The notes beneath the pieces were generated by a model. The model worked only from the letters and a program-made list of their open reading frames with translations, was not told the origin of the DNA and ran no database searches. This document shows, in pieces, positions 19,601-27,303 of a stretch of DNA of 64,000 bases. Position 1 is the stretch's first letter. The number at the start of each line of letters is the position of its first letter. This stretch comes from Candidatus Omnitrophota bacterium (GTDB lineage Bacteria; Omnitrophota; Gorgyraeia; 2-01-FULL-45-10): contig JBAZKH010000001.1 in the NCBI GenBank assembly GCA_041650935.1, positions 139,945-203,944 of the forward strand, in the 5' to 3' direction. A program made the translations under genes and the position numbers.

Positions 19601-22600
19601 GTCCATTGTCGAAATAGCCGGTCAGAATGATAACCTGGCCGCCCGCGTCACAGCGTTGGCATACTTAAGAGATGTTCTGCCGTCAAGGACCGAGATCGAG
19701 TCCGAAAAGCTGTGGCAGTCCATCTGTGCAATAGCGACTCAGAAAAAAGATCTCACAGCCCGCGTCATGGCGTTGATATATATGAGGGATGAGTATGATC
19801 CCGACATTGACGCTGATAAACGCCAGGAAAAGCTCTGGAACTCTATCGGTAAAATAGCACGCCAGAAAAAAGACCTCACAGCCCGCGTCACAGCGCTTAT
19901 GTTTTTAAAAAGTCCAGACAGATGGGTACAACATGAATTCTCGCGGCTAGCACCGGATGGTGAACTTTTATATTTTTATCGTGATAGTGATAGGCGAAGA
20001 GCTAGCCCTATCCGTGAGATAGCTAACCAGGATAAAGACCTCACAGCCCGCGTTGCGGCGTTGATATGTCTGAGGAATGGAGGAGATTATAACTGTGAAG
20101 AACTCTGGCAGTCTATCCGTAGAATAGCCCACCAAAAGAGAGACCCTGTAGCCCGTGTCACAGCGTTGATATATATGAGAGATAATACACCGGAAATTGC
20201 CGGGGATGAACGCGAGCGCTTATTGCAAAGAATTCAAGGTAAAGAACCGGCCTCTGTATCCGTGCCTCGATTCGATTGGGTGGATACGTTAAGTCGCGCC
20301 GAAAGGAAGGAGATAGTAGACAATCTTGCACTTACAGATGAGCAAATAGCCGATAGAACCATCTTAAGGGCGGCTATTGCAGCGGTGACTGCGAATACAG
20401 AACAAGATAAAAAACAGGCAATGATTGTGCTCGCATGCCGTTTCCAGGAATTAGATGGCGATGGCTCGTACGCCGCCGCAGAACGCGCAGAACAGTCAAT
20501 AAAAGATATTCGCCGCGAAATAGATAACAAGGGAGAGATCGACCGGCGCACGGAATCCGGCAAGGGACAGGCAGCGGAAACACCTGCCCGGCCGCGCGAT
20601 GGAAATGACCGTTCTTGGAATGGCCATATAACGGAAGGCGATATAAGGATGCACGCGGATGTGGGTAATTCGGAAGATATTAACTGGCTTGTTGATGCCA
20701 GCGCTAACCAGCCCGATATGGTGGAGAAAATACTCACTGAGCCTAAATACGCCGCTGTACGCAAGCAGTATAAAGTGGCGCTAGCGAAATTACCATCAAT
20801 GCAATGGGGGATAAAAGATTTTACTAGTATGGCGCAATTCCTAGGAAAACATGCGGCTTCTTTTAAGAAACAGGTTGGTGGGTTCCATTTTTACATAGGA
20901 GTACCGGAACACTCGGATCAGCGTTCACTTAAAACATCTTTCATTTCTTATAACGCCAATTTTGGGAAAGGAATGAGCTATACTTTCCGAAAAGAACCGT
21001 CCGGAGAGATTTCGTTGATAGTCAATCGTGCTATATGTGATGGCATGGGGGAATCACATATTTTTACAATAAATGAAAACATGATACGAGAGGAATACGG
21101 ATCCAGGGCAGAGGTTATAGAAAATGGCTTGATAAAGGGATTTGTGTCCAAAGATGGGTGTTTGTATGTTCTTGTTAGTCATGCTGGGAAGGAATTTGCA
21201 AAAAATTATATACCTGAATTTGACCCTGAATATAAGTTTGTGTCTTTTGTCGAATCAATGCCCGGTACAGTAGTGACGACGCCGGTACTGGAGACGGATG
21301 TAGCGAAAACTGCGCAAGCTGCGACAGGTGTGTCAGCGGATGCGCAAGAAGTAACGCAACCAGAAGCAGAAGATCTCGAGAACCTCCATTATTATTGGCT
21401 TGCATTGGGAGCCGCCCAGCGAGAAGCAATAATTGAAAATATCGCTGAAGTTACTCTCAGAAGAGTGTCCTATGCCGATACTGATTTGTTGTACAGTGTA
21501 GCGGCAAGGGTAGGAGCCAAGATGCCGAACGAAATTAATCAGGCTATGGCAATGATTGTCAGATGTTTTAAATCGAGAGGAAAAGATGACACGGCCGCTC
21601 AAAAAACAGCGGAAGAGCTGGTGGAACTTGTCAACACGGCCTTAAATGCCATTAAGACACTCCCCGAACAAAGAATAAGGTTTCAATCTGCATTAGATGG
21701 AGCACGTAATAGGCTAACTGCAGAACAAATGGGTGTGAGATTCCCTGTTGCGCAACCCGCGGTAAATGAAAAACCCCAGGCCGCGGCAATATCAGATACT
21801 GCGACAGAATTGGTCGAGTTGATGGCAAAGAGAGATGCTTTGCCGGAGAGCGCCGACCTGCTTGTGGTCTTTGGCAGTCCGGATGCCGAAATGGTCGCGG
21901 CGGAAGCGGCTAAAATGTATCGTGAGCGTAAGATATCGCGTATATTGGTTTCCGGGAAATACGGAAAACATTGCACCCCGTGTGCGGATAACGGTGACTT
22001 TGGACGTGATAAGGATGGTAACATCGTCAGGGCGGAGGCATTAATAATGAGAGATGCTATTATTGCCGCCGGAGTGCCGGAGTCATCGATCCTGGTTGAA
22101 AAAGAATCCCAGGGGATGACCGATAACGGAGTATTTTCCGTGAATAAATTAATAGAGGCGAATATTGTGCCCAAAACGGTCATTTTTATGCATGCGCCCC
22201 TTATGCAGTTAAGAGGCTCGTTGGCTCTTCGCAATGCCTTGGCGCAAAATAAGATAGAAGCCGCGGTATACGATTATGCGGCGTCTATTCCCGTAAACCC
22301 TTCCGAAAAATTAAGCGCTATTATTTGGCAGGCAGGCCGGCTGGATATTGAAATCGAGCCGATCGTCGGCAAAGAGAGATATGCTCAAATAATACTTCTG
22401 CTGGAGAGCCTGAGGATGCCTGAAAAGAGCGCGGGGGAGCAGTCCGCGACTGGAATGAATATGCCGGTTGCAAACGAAGTCAATGTGGCCGAAGCGAAAC
22501 CGGCCCAGCCTGCGGTGCGCGCGGGCGGCAGGGCAAATAATTTAATCGAAATATCCGAATTAAATCAACATATCGTAGAATTGGAAGCGATGGCTTCCAG

Positions 22601-23828
22601 AGGGAAGTATGTTGCAGATGAACTTGCGGTTGCTCATGAACGGCTTTTAGCGCTTGCGAAAGCTGCAGCGGTCAATGCGCAAGAAGTAACACAACCCGCC
22701 GCGCAGGAAGCCGAAAACGCATCGGTTGCGCAGCCCACTTTAGAAGAGCTCACGGTGGAGATGTCCAGTGGAGCCACTGCGGTTGACTGGATGCCGGTGT
22801 GGGAAAACGTACTGCAAATGGTTTTAAGCAAAAAAGTGTACGGTTCTGCCGTAACAATAAGAGAATATATGGAGTGTAATGATGTTGATCGCGAAACGAC
22901 TGTTACTGCACTTTCTGAACTTGTTAGGCAAGGTTATTTAGTGCGATCTAATATTATAAGGTGGAGTTACGATCTTACGCCAAAAGCTGCCGTTGAAATA
23001 TTATGTGCACAAGCAATAGCTGAACAAGGGCTGGATACGGACGAATTCTGGAGCGCCCGCGCCGCGGCTATAAAAGATACGAAGAATAGAGCCATCATTA
23101 AGGCGATATCGGATTTCACCGCTCGGCAAGGTCCGAATGCGGGCCCGGGCGCTATGATCCCGCTTTCGAAGACGACGACGCTCAGCATCTGGCAGATAGT
23201 AAACCTGGCCCATCAAAACAGGATAGAGATCTTCCGGCCCCAGGAGGACGGCCGTTCCGCCGGCATGAAGAAGGCCCTTGATACTATCGAAAAGCGGAGA
23301 GGGGATATCATAAGCGATAGATTCTACACCGGGAATAATCTCGAGGCGATGCTTAGGGACCCGGCCAAAAAGGGCACATTAAGGATAGTACTCACCACAA
23401 ACGCGGAATCGAAGAGACTTGTGGAAGCCCTGTCCAGGAAAGATGTTACGCTATTTAAGTCTACGCGGCTATTGAATCTGACGCTTCCCAGGGAGTACAG
23501 CGCATATCTTCCGAACTCTAAGGAGAGGACGTACTACCAGGCGAAGATGATATTCGAAGCCATACTGGCGCGGTTATATGAAAAGGGCAAGACGCCTATG
23601 GTCGAGCTTATCATGAGGAGCGTCTTCGAAGGCCGCATAGATGGCGGTATGGATAAATTCCTGGAGACATTGGCCGAGGCCGAAGACGAAAAGGATAATC
23701 CCGACCCGGAGAAGATAAAGATAAGGATCGAAAACTGTCTTAACATAATCGTGAGGCTTTCCGAGGAAGTGGCCAGGTCGATCGAGCATTTGAAGTTGAT
23801 CATGAAGGAGTTCTGGACAGCGGCGTAA
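13671..23828 (+). CDS. giant secreted/membrane multidomain protein (3385 aa) of unknown function
   Basis: Single uninterrupted ORF with SD AGGAGG 8 nt upstream. N-terminal signal peptide. Two paralogous modules with hydrophobic helices, ~7 HEAT-like repeats, a DUF218/YdcF-like domain, winged-helix-like segments. No recognisable enzymatic core over most of its length. Confidence 0.85.
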   Translation: MKNKILIKSLSIVVLCAFLFNDLAYGLSPIVVSGPDGGGSGTRDDMYALGKKLFAAKWLGPGSIGAMDMSRVGIPKFRGTAPKIKNVSNFRRVTYREDMEFPAGWSNNKVNRELLKSRDLISALRCFRKNEAAISGEFLSIEEGYFEPERKGELPIARTEILDNGMLKLIVHTEFVQMWDDLLARDIWFDHTFPDGKTRTVSAAWALFYRLAKHEMADRVKVGAYHKGGGHISSFSFGSIPEIFSNEFSANEIGGRYNIINDAIWLWYLGSYSYTNKTRYNNRTAKARYNWIFNGKKAKELELDQEFPNLRGGENKANREFAIKLALNINKTCFEKGRIVWETVVDQKFIDAYERRRQRIYSVLPATGRDDDRKPRAHDRWARGEAGPAKKDLAAASVDDITALLRKYGLKPATISEREWIASVASMLCVEAGFSKIAPLVNKLCLVQDLGRYIEDTEPELYGRVKAAFKKHGLETTADALIDAAKEAGFTDMMDFARNVIGGEIEWNPKTEEAARGLADHENRTLELLEDEGYSIGQFEVNLIPAHHDFSKLSTETTPVKRAITAAIRLALILNYSNRNKGDSMEAVESFMVSRINTEGMAGYGIDAMQNYRRLLAAEGGQLLARIREARAAYSADSVIREGDAEFLASLQGRLMSGEPPVAGAGSDGSVIEGKLTIGDLNRAVIREINSDSGITVSDAEGYIELWGNFIAEHAAENTTVNISDIENILASKGEETIGWRESIRALITPLSVGIGIVWGYTGFWYIAAMHYVAGAVFFGDFIYNNFIKGKDEKEGFAALAGYLRKAKLGVPGQAVTFFAIGTPSVTPKATLANLTIDALTGEITKALKHDFSLTIWDRFRYGELWGKVIEKYGENAAISISNIEKGLINKRSRLIGWCGAGIAAGCVFGAAGVLCGIAVPWATALFDLITVYYSIEGIFGLVGTRQQDLAALAGYLKKIEYELRSQEAGEAVETPAQPQRDDKHSPGEPPTAGSIDGVKPSDLAIHPMLNALINKYLQGGNGNACVSEDIKTPFFDKLYLLGDANDFTFRDIFDKLVNREMREQHMNRPDAEAALVIQLVNHYRSYAHINRHMVEAFKNQLAQQVEHFGVYHNGAIYVMRGLIGSKDEIIQHAVLECRIHRECAESLDYNGQGAESAYRSWRDPIDSREMDVNVAIPEHGINIRGRMTYKRFVDLAYDAAEKAYPLSSLIPKNKRHKLGDLSYALPGEPPVAGVGSDGAGAESKLTIDDLTRAVIRSINDDPSLTESVIEGYVDLWNDFIQERPEDNATVNISDIKKALAEKNEQLTPLAGVVIEATTAAIFFAVGVIWSITGPWYVAAIYYAISTGFLADSINNYLSHHKQKDFMALAGYLKKIEYELRSQEAGEAVETPARMPEETDRRIKRGKSPDWALTVIALSGLEEITIKDYLDQFDWAIEEYPEFDLDVRAEKKPESTARRDLYLNPRSLEIMGIIEPASRLPGSREYRWRLTEKGRRLAELTVRMRKKIEEAWQIVPSGIRCDGTTSEELIIVEDDKKVLESELKSLLRLNGRDLAQKLAAARLEDRCEIDDILRDLSGNARVSEKLRTCIEDAKAAAAEFNKVTSMLEPRKAGVKRREPPTMQEKLEPEEFFAQNRTKNAEPIKPMSSLPYSHDDNIRFMSQTGKERQLAPQNSAEPARISVGGSEKTEAISVPSLADIRNISSAFAARLPSNFPDSFRTRRDLRLWMLNDIQSLRAQFLENMARAGGYKKTDVMYPQYSGWAIECDNKRSEAERVYGILFGEGEAKPARPRDNARFDYKSPGSPAHYLLYIGLYPPIPTGWKPRTLTSAHFSQMGKISDRTLRRDRKFLEDIGYLDIEKPTWLTEKGYAEACDFAGRLKTLAAQVKPGYSGDSRLLVQDLIKEANPQILSEIKKMNDKLRAEAKSVRLSKADQRKRLAAILSAAKIKDLTARVTALIYLRDNLPRETKREDEKLKRSIVEIAGQNDNLAARVTALAYLRDVLPSRTEIESEKLWQSICAIATQKKDLTARVMALIYMRDEYDPDIDADKRQEKLWNSIGKIARQKKDLTARVTALMFLKSPDRWVQHEFSRLAPDGELLYFYRDSDRRRASPIREIANQDKDLTARVAALICLRNGGDYNCEELWQSIRRIAHQKRDPVARVTALIYMRDNTPEIAGDERERLLQRIQGKEPASVSVPRFDWVDTLSRAERKEIVDNLALTDEQIADRTILRAAIAAVTANTEQDKKQAMIVLACRFQELDGDGSYAAAERAEQSIKDIRREIDNKGEIDRRTESGKGQAAETPARPRDGNDRSWNGHITEGDIRMHADVGNSEDINWLVDASANQPDMVEKILTEPKYAAVRKQYKVALAKLPSMQWGIKDFTSMAQFLGKHAASFKKQVGGFHFYIGVPEHSDQRSLKTSFISYNANFGKGMSYTFRKEPSGEISLIVNRAICDGMGESHIFTINENMIREEYGSRAEVIENGLIKGFVSKDGCLYVLVSHAGKEFAKNYIPEFDPEYKFVSFVESMPGTVVTTPVLETDVAKTAQAATGVSADAQEVTQPEAEDLENLHYYWLALGAAQREAIIENIAEVTLRRVSYADTDLLYSVAARVGAKMPNEINQAMAMIVRCFKSRGKDDTAAQKTAEELVELVNTALNAIKTLPEQRIRFQSALDGARNRLTAEQMGVRFPVAQPAVNEKPQAAAISDTATELVELMAKRDALPESADLLVVFGSPDAEMVAAEAAKMYRERKISRILVSGKYGKHCTPCADNGDFGRDKDGNIVRAEALIMRDAIIAAGVPESSILVEKESQGMTDNGVFSVNKLIEANIVPKTVIFMHAPLMQLRGSLALRNALAQNKIEAAVYDYAASIPVNPSEKLSAIIWQAGRLDIEIEPIVGKERYAQIILLLESLRMPEKSAGEQSATGMNMPVANEVNVAEAKPAQPAVRAGGRANNLIEISELNQHIVELEAMASRGKYVADELAVAHERLLALAKAAAVNAQEVTQPAAQEAENASVAQPTLEELTVEMSSGATAVDWMPVWENVLQMVLSKKVYGSAVTIREYMECNDVDRETTVTALSELVRQGYLVRSNIIRWSYDLTPKAAVEILCAQAIAEQGLDTDEFWSARAAAIKDTKNRAIIKAISDFTARQGPNAGPGAMIPLSKTTTLSIWQIVNLAHQNRIEIFRPQEDGRSAGMKKALDTIEKRRGDIISDRFYTGNNLEAMLRDPAKKGTLRIVLTTNAESKRLVEALSRKDVTLFKSTRLLNLTLPREYSAYLPNSKERTYYQAKMIFEAILARLYEKGKTPMVELIMRSVFEGRIDGGMDKFLETLAEAEDEKDNPDPEKIKIRIENCLNIIVRLSEEVARSIEHLKLIMKEFWTAA
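19480..20200 (+). other. array of ~7 degenerate 36-45-aa alpha-helical repeats, HEAT-like/PBS-lyase-like, inside the giant ORF
   Basis: Recurrent ...EKLWQSI..IA.QKKDLTARVTAL[IM]YLRD... in the translation. Confidence 0.55.
21860..22330 (+). other. DUF218 (YdcF/SanA/ElyC-like) domain embedded in the giant ORF
   Basis: LLVVFGSPDAEM...AAKMYRERKISRILVSGKYG...AEALIMRDAIIAAGVPESSILVEKESQGMTDNGVFS...KTVIFMHAPLMQLRG follows the DUF218 spacing (VLG...SGG...EA..M..GVP...E..S.nT.eN...H..R). Confidence 0.55.
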
Positions 23829-23839
23829 AAAATATTATA

Positions 23840-23868
23840 TTGACAAGACAGGGGTGATATGATAATAT
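23840..23868 (+). promoter_or_regulatory. consensus sigma70 promoter TTGACA-N17-TAATAT upstream of rplM
   Basis: TTGACA at 23840-23845, a 17-nt spacer, and TAATAT at 23863-23868. Confidence 0.65.
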
Positions 23869-23903
23869 CAATCGCCTCTGCGAAAAGAGGTATTTTTTTA
23901 TCT

Positions 23904-24335
23904 ATGAAAACATATATAGCGAAAGAGAAAGATATCCAGAAGAGCTGGCACGTCGTCGACGCCAATGGCTTGGTGCTCGGCAGGCTTGCCGCTAAAGTAG
24001 CCACTATCCTTATGGGCAAGAATAAGGTAATATATTCGCCCCACCAGGATACGGGCGACGAGGTTATAGTTATAAATGCGAGTCTTGTAAAGGTCACCGG
24101 CAATAAGCTCGGCCAGAAGACTTATAAGAGATACTCGGCATACCCGGGCGGGTTGAAAGAGGAGAGTATGGCCTCCGTGATGAAGAAGGGTTCGGAGCGT
24201 GTCATAAGACACGCGGTCCACGGGATGCTGCCGAAGAGTAAACTCGGAGCGAAGTTACTGAAGAAGTTAAGGGTCTATCCGGGCCAGACGCACCCGCACC
24301 AGGCGCAGCAGCCGAAAGTGTTGAGGGTAGAGTAA
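23904..24335 (+). CDS. rplM: 50S ribosomal protein L13
   Basis: MKTYIAKEKDIQKSWHVVDANGLVLGRLA is the canonical L13 N-terminus. Confidence 0.95.
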   Translation: MKTYIAKEKDIQKSWHVVDANGLVLGRLAAKVATILMGKNKVIYSPHQDTGDEVIVINASLVKVTGNKLGQKTYKRYSAYPGGLKEESMASVMKKGSERVIRHAVHGMLPKSKLGAKLLKKLRVYPGQTHPHQAQQPKVLRVE

Positions 24336-24402
24336 GGGCAGAGTAAGAGTAGAGTTTAGGGTATACCCTATACCCAAGAGCGTAATCTAAGTGGGAGCAA
24401 AG

Positions 24403-24798
24403 ATGTCAGATAAAGTCCAGTATATAGCAACCGGGAGACGTAAAAATTCTACGGCCCGTGTCAGGCTCATGGCCGGTGAAGGTAAGGTCACTATCAACGG
24501 AAGGCCTTTTAACGCGTATTTCCCGAGGGAATCGAACAGGCTCATTATTATGCAGCCGCTCGAAACCGCCAAAGCGGAGACGAAGGTCGATATCTTTGTC
24601 AATGTAAATGGCGGAGGTTTAAGCGGCCAGGCGGGGGCTGTAAAACAGGGTATTGCCAGGGCGCTTGTCAAGATGGATGCCAATCTCAAAGCCGACATCA
24701 AGAAGGCCGGATTCCTGACGAGAGATTCCAGGAAGAGAGAGCGCAAAAAATACGGCAGGAAGCGAGCCAGGAGAAGATTCCAGTTCACTAAACGATAA
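24403..24798 (+). CDS. rpsI: 30S ribosomal protein S9
   Basis: YIATGRRKNSTARV... and the basic C-terminus ...RRRFQFTKR. Confidence 0.95.
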   Translation: MSDKVQYIATGRRKNSTARVRLMAGEGKVTINGRPFNAYFPRESNRLIIMQPLETAKAETKVDIFVNVNGGGLSGQAGAVKQGIARALVKMDANLKADIKKAGFLTRDSRKRERKKYGRKRARRRFQFTKR

Positions 24799-24819
24799 AA
24801 ATAGTTTCTCGACGAGGTT

Positions 24820-24880
24820 TAAAAAACCTATCTGGTCAACTCCGACGACGATTTTAGTTGACACGATAGGTTTTTTATTT
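24820..24880 (+). terminator. Rho-independent-type terminator after rpsI
   Basis: AACCTATCTGGTCAAC...GTTGACACGATAGGTT stem followed by a T-run. Confidence 0.6.
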
Positions 24881-24886
24881 TAATAT
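24858..24886 (+). promoter_or_regulatory. second TTGACA-N17-TAATAT promoter, overlapping the terminator 3' arm, for the arg operon
   Basis: TTGACA at 24858-24863 and TAATAT at 24881-24886. SD GGAGG at 24904 and ATG at 24912 lie downstream. Confidence 0.55.
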
Positions 24887-24911
24887 GAAAAGATATTCCG
24901 ACGGAGGACAA

Positions 24912-25925
24912 ATGATAAAAGCAGGAGTTGTCGGCGCGACCGGCTACGCCGGTGAAGAGGTAATAAAGATCCTCGTGAACCATAAAGGCGTGAAGATAAC
25001 CGAACTTTCAGCGGTTATCGATAAGGAAGAACAGTTCTCTTCCATATTTCCGGCCTTTAAGGGTAAACTGGATCTCATATGCAAAAAACCCAATCCGGAA
25101 GCGATGGCCGGGAATGTCGATCTCGTATTCTTGGGATTGCCGCACAAAGTTTCGATGGAGCTGGTGCCGGTATTCATGAAGGCGGGGAAGACCATCATCG
25201 ACTTAAGCGCAGATTACAGGCTCTCACCGGAAGTATATAAGGTATGGTACGGCATCGAACATAAAGATAAAGAGAATTTGCCTAAGGCCGTGTATGGTCT
25301 GCCCGAATTATATTATGATGCGATAAAGAAAGCAAAATTGATCGCGAATCCGGGATGTTATCCTACGAGCGTAATCTTAGGTATCGCGCCCATATTAAAA
25401 GAGAAGGCGATTAAGACCGATTACATGATAGCCGATTCGAAGTCCGGCGCGACGGGCGCAGGGCGCAAGCCTGATCTGGCGCTCTCATTCTGCGAAGTGA
25501 ACGAGAACCTTAAGGCCTATAAGGCAAACGAGCATCAGCATAAACCTGAGATAGGGAAGATACTTTCCGAGGTGGCGGGTAAAGAGATAGACGTAATATT
25601 TACGCCGCACCTTATTCCGATGAACAGGGGAATACTCTCGACGATCTACCTTAAGCTGAACAAGGCGCTTGATACGAAATCGGTATTGGGGGTATACAAA
25701 AAGTTTTACCAGGACAAGCCTTTTGTGCGGATATCGGACGAAGGGCGGCTGCCTCAAATCAGAGATATAGTCGGGACGAATTACTGCGATATCGGGTTGA
25801 AAGTGACGGGCGACACCCTGATCATCGTCTCGTGCATCGATAATTTGAAGAAGGGCGCGGCGGGCCAGGCGGTACAGAATATGAATATTATAGCAGGATT
25901 TGATGAAACCGAGGGATTAATTTAG
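24912..25925 (+). CDS. argC: N-acetyl-gamma-glutamyl-phosphate reductase
   Basis: MIKAGVVGATGYAGEE, active-site region GCYPTS. Start chosen at the ATG preceded by GGAGG. Confidence 0.9.
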   Translation: MIKAGVVGATGYAGEEVIKILVNHKGVKITELSAVIDKEEQFSSIFPAFKGKLDLICKKPNPEAMAGNVDLVFLGLPHKVSMELVPVFMKAGKTIIDLSADYRLSPEVYKVWYGIEHKDKENLPKAVYGLPELYYDAIKKAKLIANPGCYPTSVILGIAPILKEKAIKTDYMIADSKSGATGAGRKPDLALSFCEVNENLKAYKANEHQHKPEIGKILSEVAGKEIDVIFTPHLIPMNRGILSTIYLKLNKALDTKSVLGVYKKFYQDKPFVRISDEGRLPQIRDIVGTNYCDIGLKVTGDTLIIVSCIDNLKKGAAGQAVQNMNIIAGFDETEGLI

Positions 25926-25993
25926 GTGATAACTAAATTCTTGCCGGGTGAAATTTTCACCCGGCAAGAATTTCACCCGGCAAGGAGTGTGGT

Positions 25994-27232
25994 ATGATAG
26001 CAGTTAAAGGTGGTGTAGCGACAGCTATAGGATTCGTCGCTAACGGCGTCAAGGCCGGCATAAAGAAGTCGGGCAATAGGGACCTTGCGCTTCTCTATTC
26101 AGAGGTCCCGGCCGTCGCGGCCGCGGCCTTTACGACGAATGTCTTCGAAGCCTCGCCGGTGAAGGTGAGCAAGCTTCATATAAAGAATAAGACGCACCAG
26201 GCCGTGATCGTAAATAGCGGCAATGCAAATTGCGCGAACGGTAAGACCGGATATAAGAGCGCGCTTGCGATGGCCGAATATGCCGCTAAGGGCTTATGGT
26301 GCGATAGGCGGGAAGTGCTCGTGGCCTCGACCGGTATAATAGGGTGCGCTTTACCGATAAAGAAGATAGCGGATAAGGTGCCGGGCCTTGTCTGCGGCCT
26401 GTCGAAAGACGGCGGCAGGGGATTTGCCGAGACGATAATGACGACCGATACGGTGAGAAAAGAGTTCGCGATAAAACTTAAACTCGGCTCGTCTACGGTT
26501 ACGATCGGCGGCGCCTGCAAGGGCGTCGGGATGATATATCCCGCGATGAAGACTGCCTCCGGCAGCCGTGGCAAGGGACACGCGACCCTCCTGGCCTTTA
26601 TCACGACGGATGCGGCCATATCCAAGAGGATGCTTGAGGAGGCTCTGGGCGAGGCGATAGAGGGTTCTTTCAATATGGTCTCCGTCGACGGCGATATGAG
26701 CACCAACGATACGTGTTTTGTCCTCGCCAACGGCATGGCTGGGAACGCCAGGATAACGAAGCGGGATGCGAACTACAAAAAATTCGCCGCGGGCATGAAG
26801 TACCTGAGCTGTGAACTGGCAAAGATGCTTGCCGCCGACGGCGAAGGCGCGACAAAATTTGTGGAGATCGAGGTCAGGGGCGCGCGGACGGACCGGGATG
26901 CCTCGACGGCGGCAAGGAAGATATCGGTCTCGAGCCTTTTAAAATGCGCGATATTCGGCGAGGATCCTAACTGGGGCAGGGCCGCGGCCGCCTGCGGTGC
27001 GGCCGGGGTGGATTTCGATCCGGCGCGGATGGATATATATCTCGGCACGATGAGGGCCCTTTCGAGCGGCGCGATCGATAGAAATTACGATAAAGAGCGT
27101 GCCCGCAAGTTCTTTAAGACAAAGAGCGTGAAGATAGCGGTCGACTTAAAGAGCGGAAGAGGCAAGGCAACGGCATGGACGTGTGACTTCTCGAAGGAAT
27201 ACGTTGCGATAAATTCGGAGTATAGTACTTAG
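25994..27232 (+). CDS. argJ: bifunctional glutamate N-acetyltransferase/ornithine acetyltransferase
   Basis: ArgJ family with the autoprocessing site ...ATLLAFITTD.... Confidence 0.9.
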   Translation: MIAVKGGVATAIGFVANGVKAGIKKSGNRDLALLYSEVPAVAAAAFTTNVFEASPVKVSKLHIKNKTHQAVIVNSGNANCANGKTGYKSALAMAEYAAKGLWCDRREVLVASTGIIGCALPIKKIADKVPGLVCGLSKDGGRGFAETIMTTDTVRKEFAIKLKLGSSTVTIGGACKGVGMIYPAMKTASGSRGKGHATLLAFITTDAAISKRMLEEALGEAIEGSFNMVSVDGDMSTNDTCFVLANGMAGNARITKRDANYKKFAAGMKYLSCELAKMLAADGEGATKFVEIEVRGARTDRDASTAARKISVSSLLKCAIFGEDPNWGRAAAACGAAGVDFDPARMDIYLGTMRALSSGAIDRNYDKERARKFFKTKSVKIAVDLKSGRGKATAWTCDFSKEYVAINSEYST

Positions 27233-27290
27233 TATAGTGAATAGTGGAGAGTGAATAGTAAAATCGAACCGCAGTTTTTTTATCCACTAA
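27226..27290 (+). repeat. 'GTGAATAG' heptamer-repeat element (copy G1) overlapping the argJ stop
   Basis: TAGTATAGTGAATAGTGGAGAGTGAATAGT ... GCAGTTTTTTTATCCACTAA. Confidence 0.6.
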
Positions 27291-27303
27291 TAAAAGAGGA
27301 ATT

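Noticed and set aside
14367-23216. Numerous minus-strand ORFs of 60-183 aa inside the giant gene (and similar antisense ORFs inside most other genes)
   Set aside because: They are shadow ORFs within well-supported + strand coding regions. None has an SD or a recognisable product.
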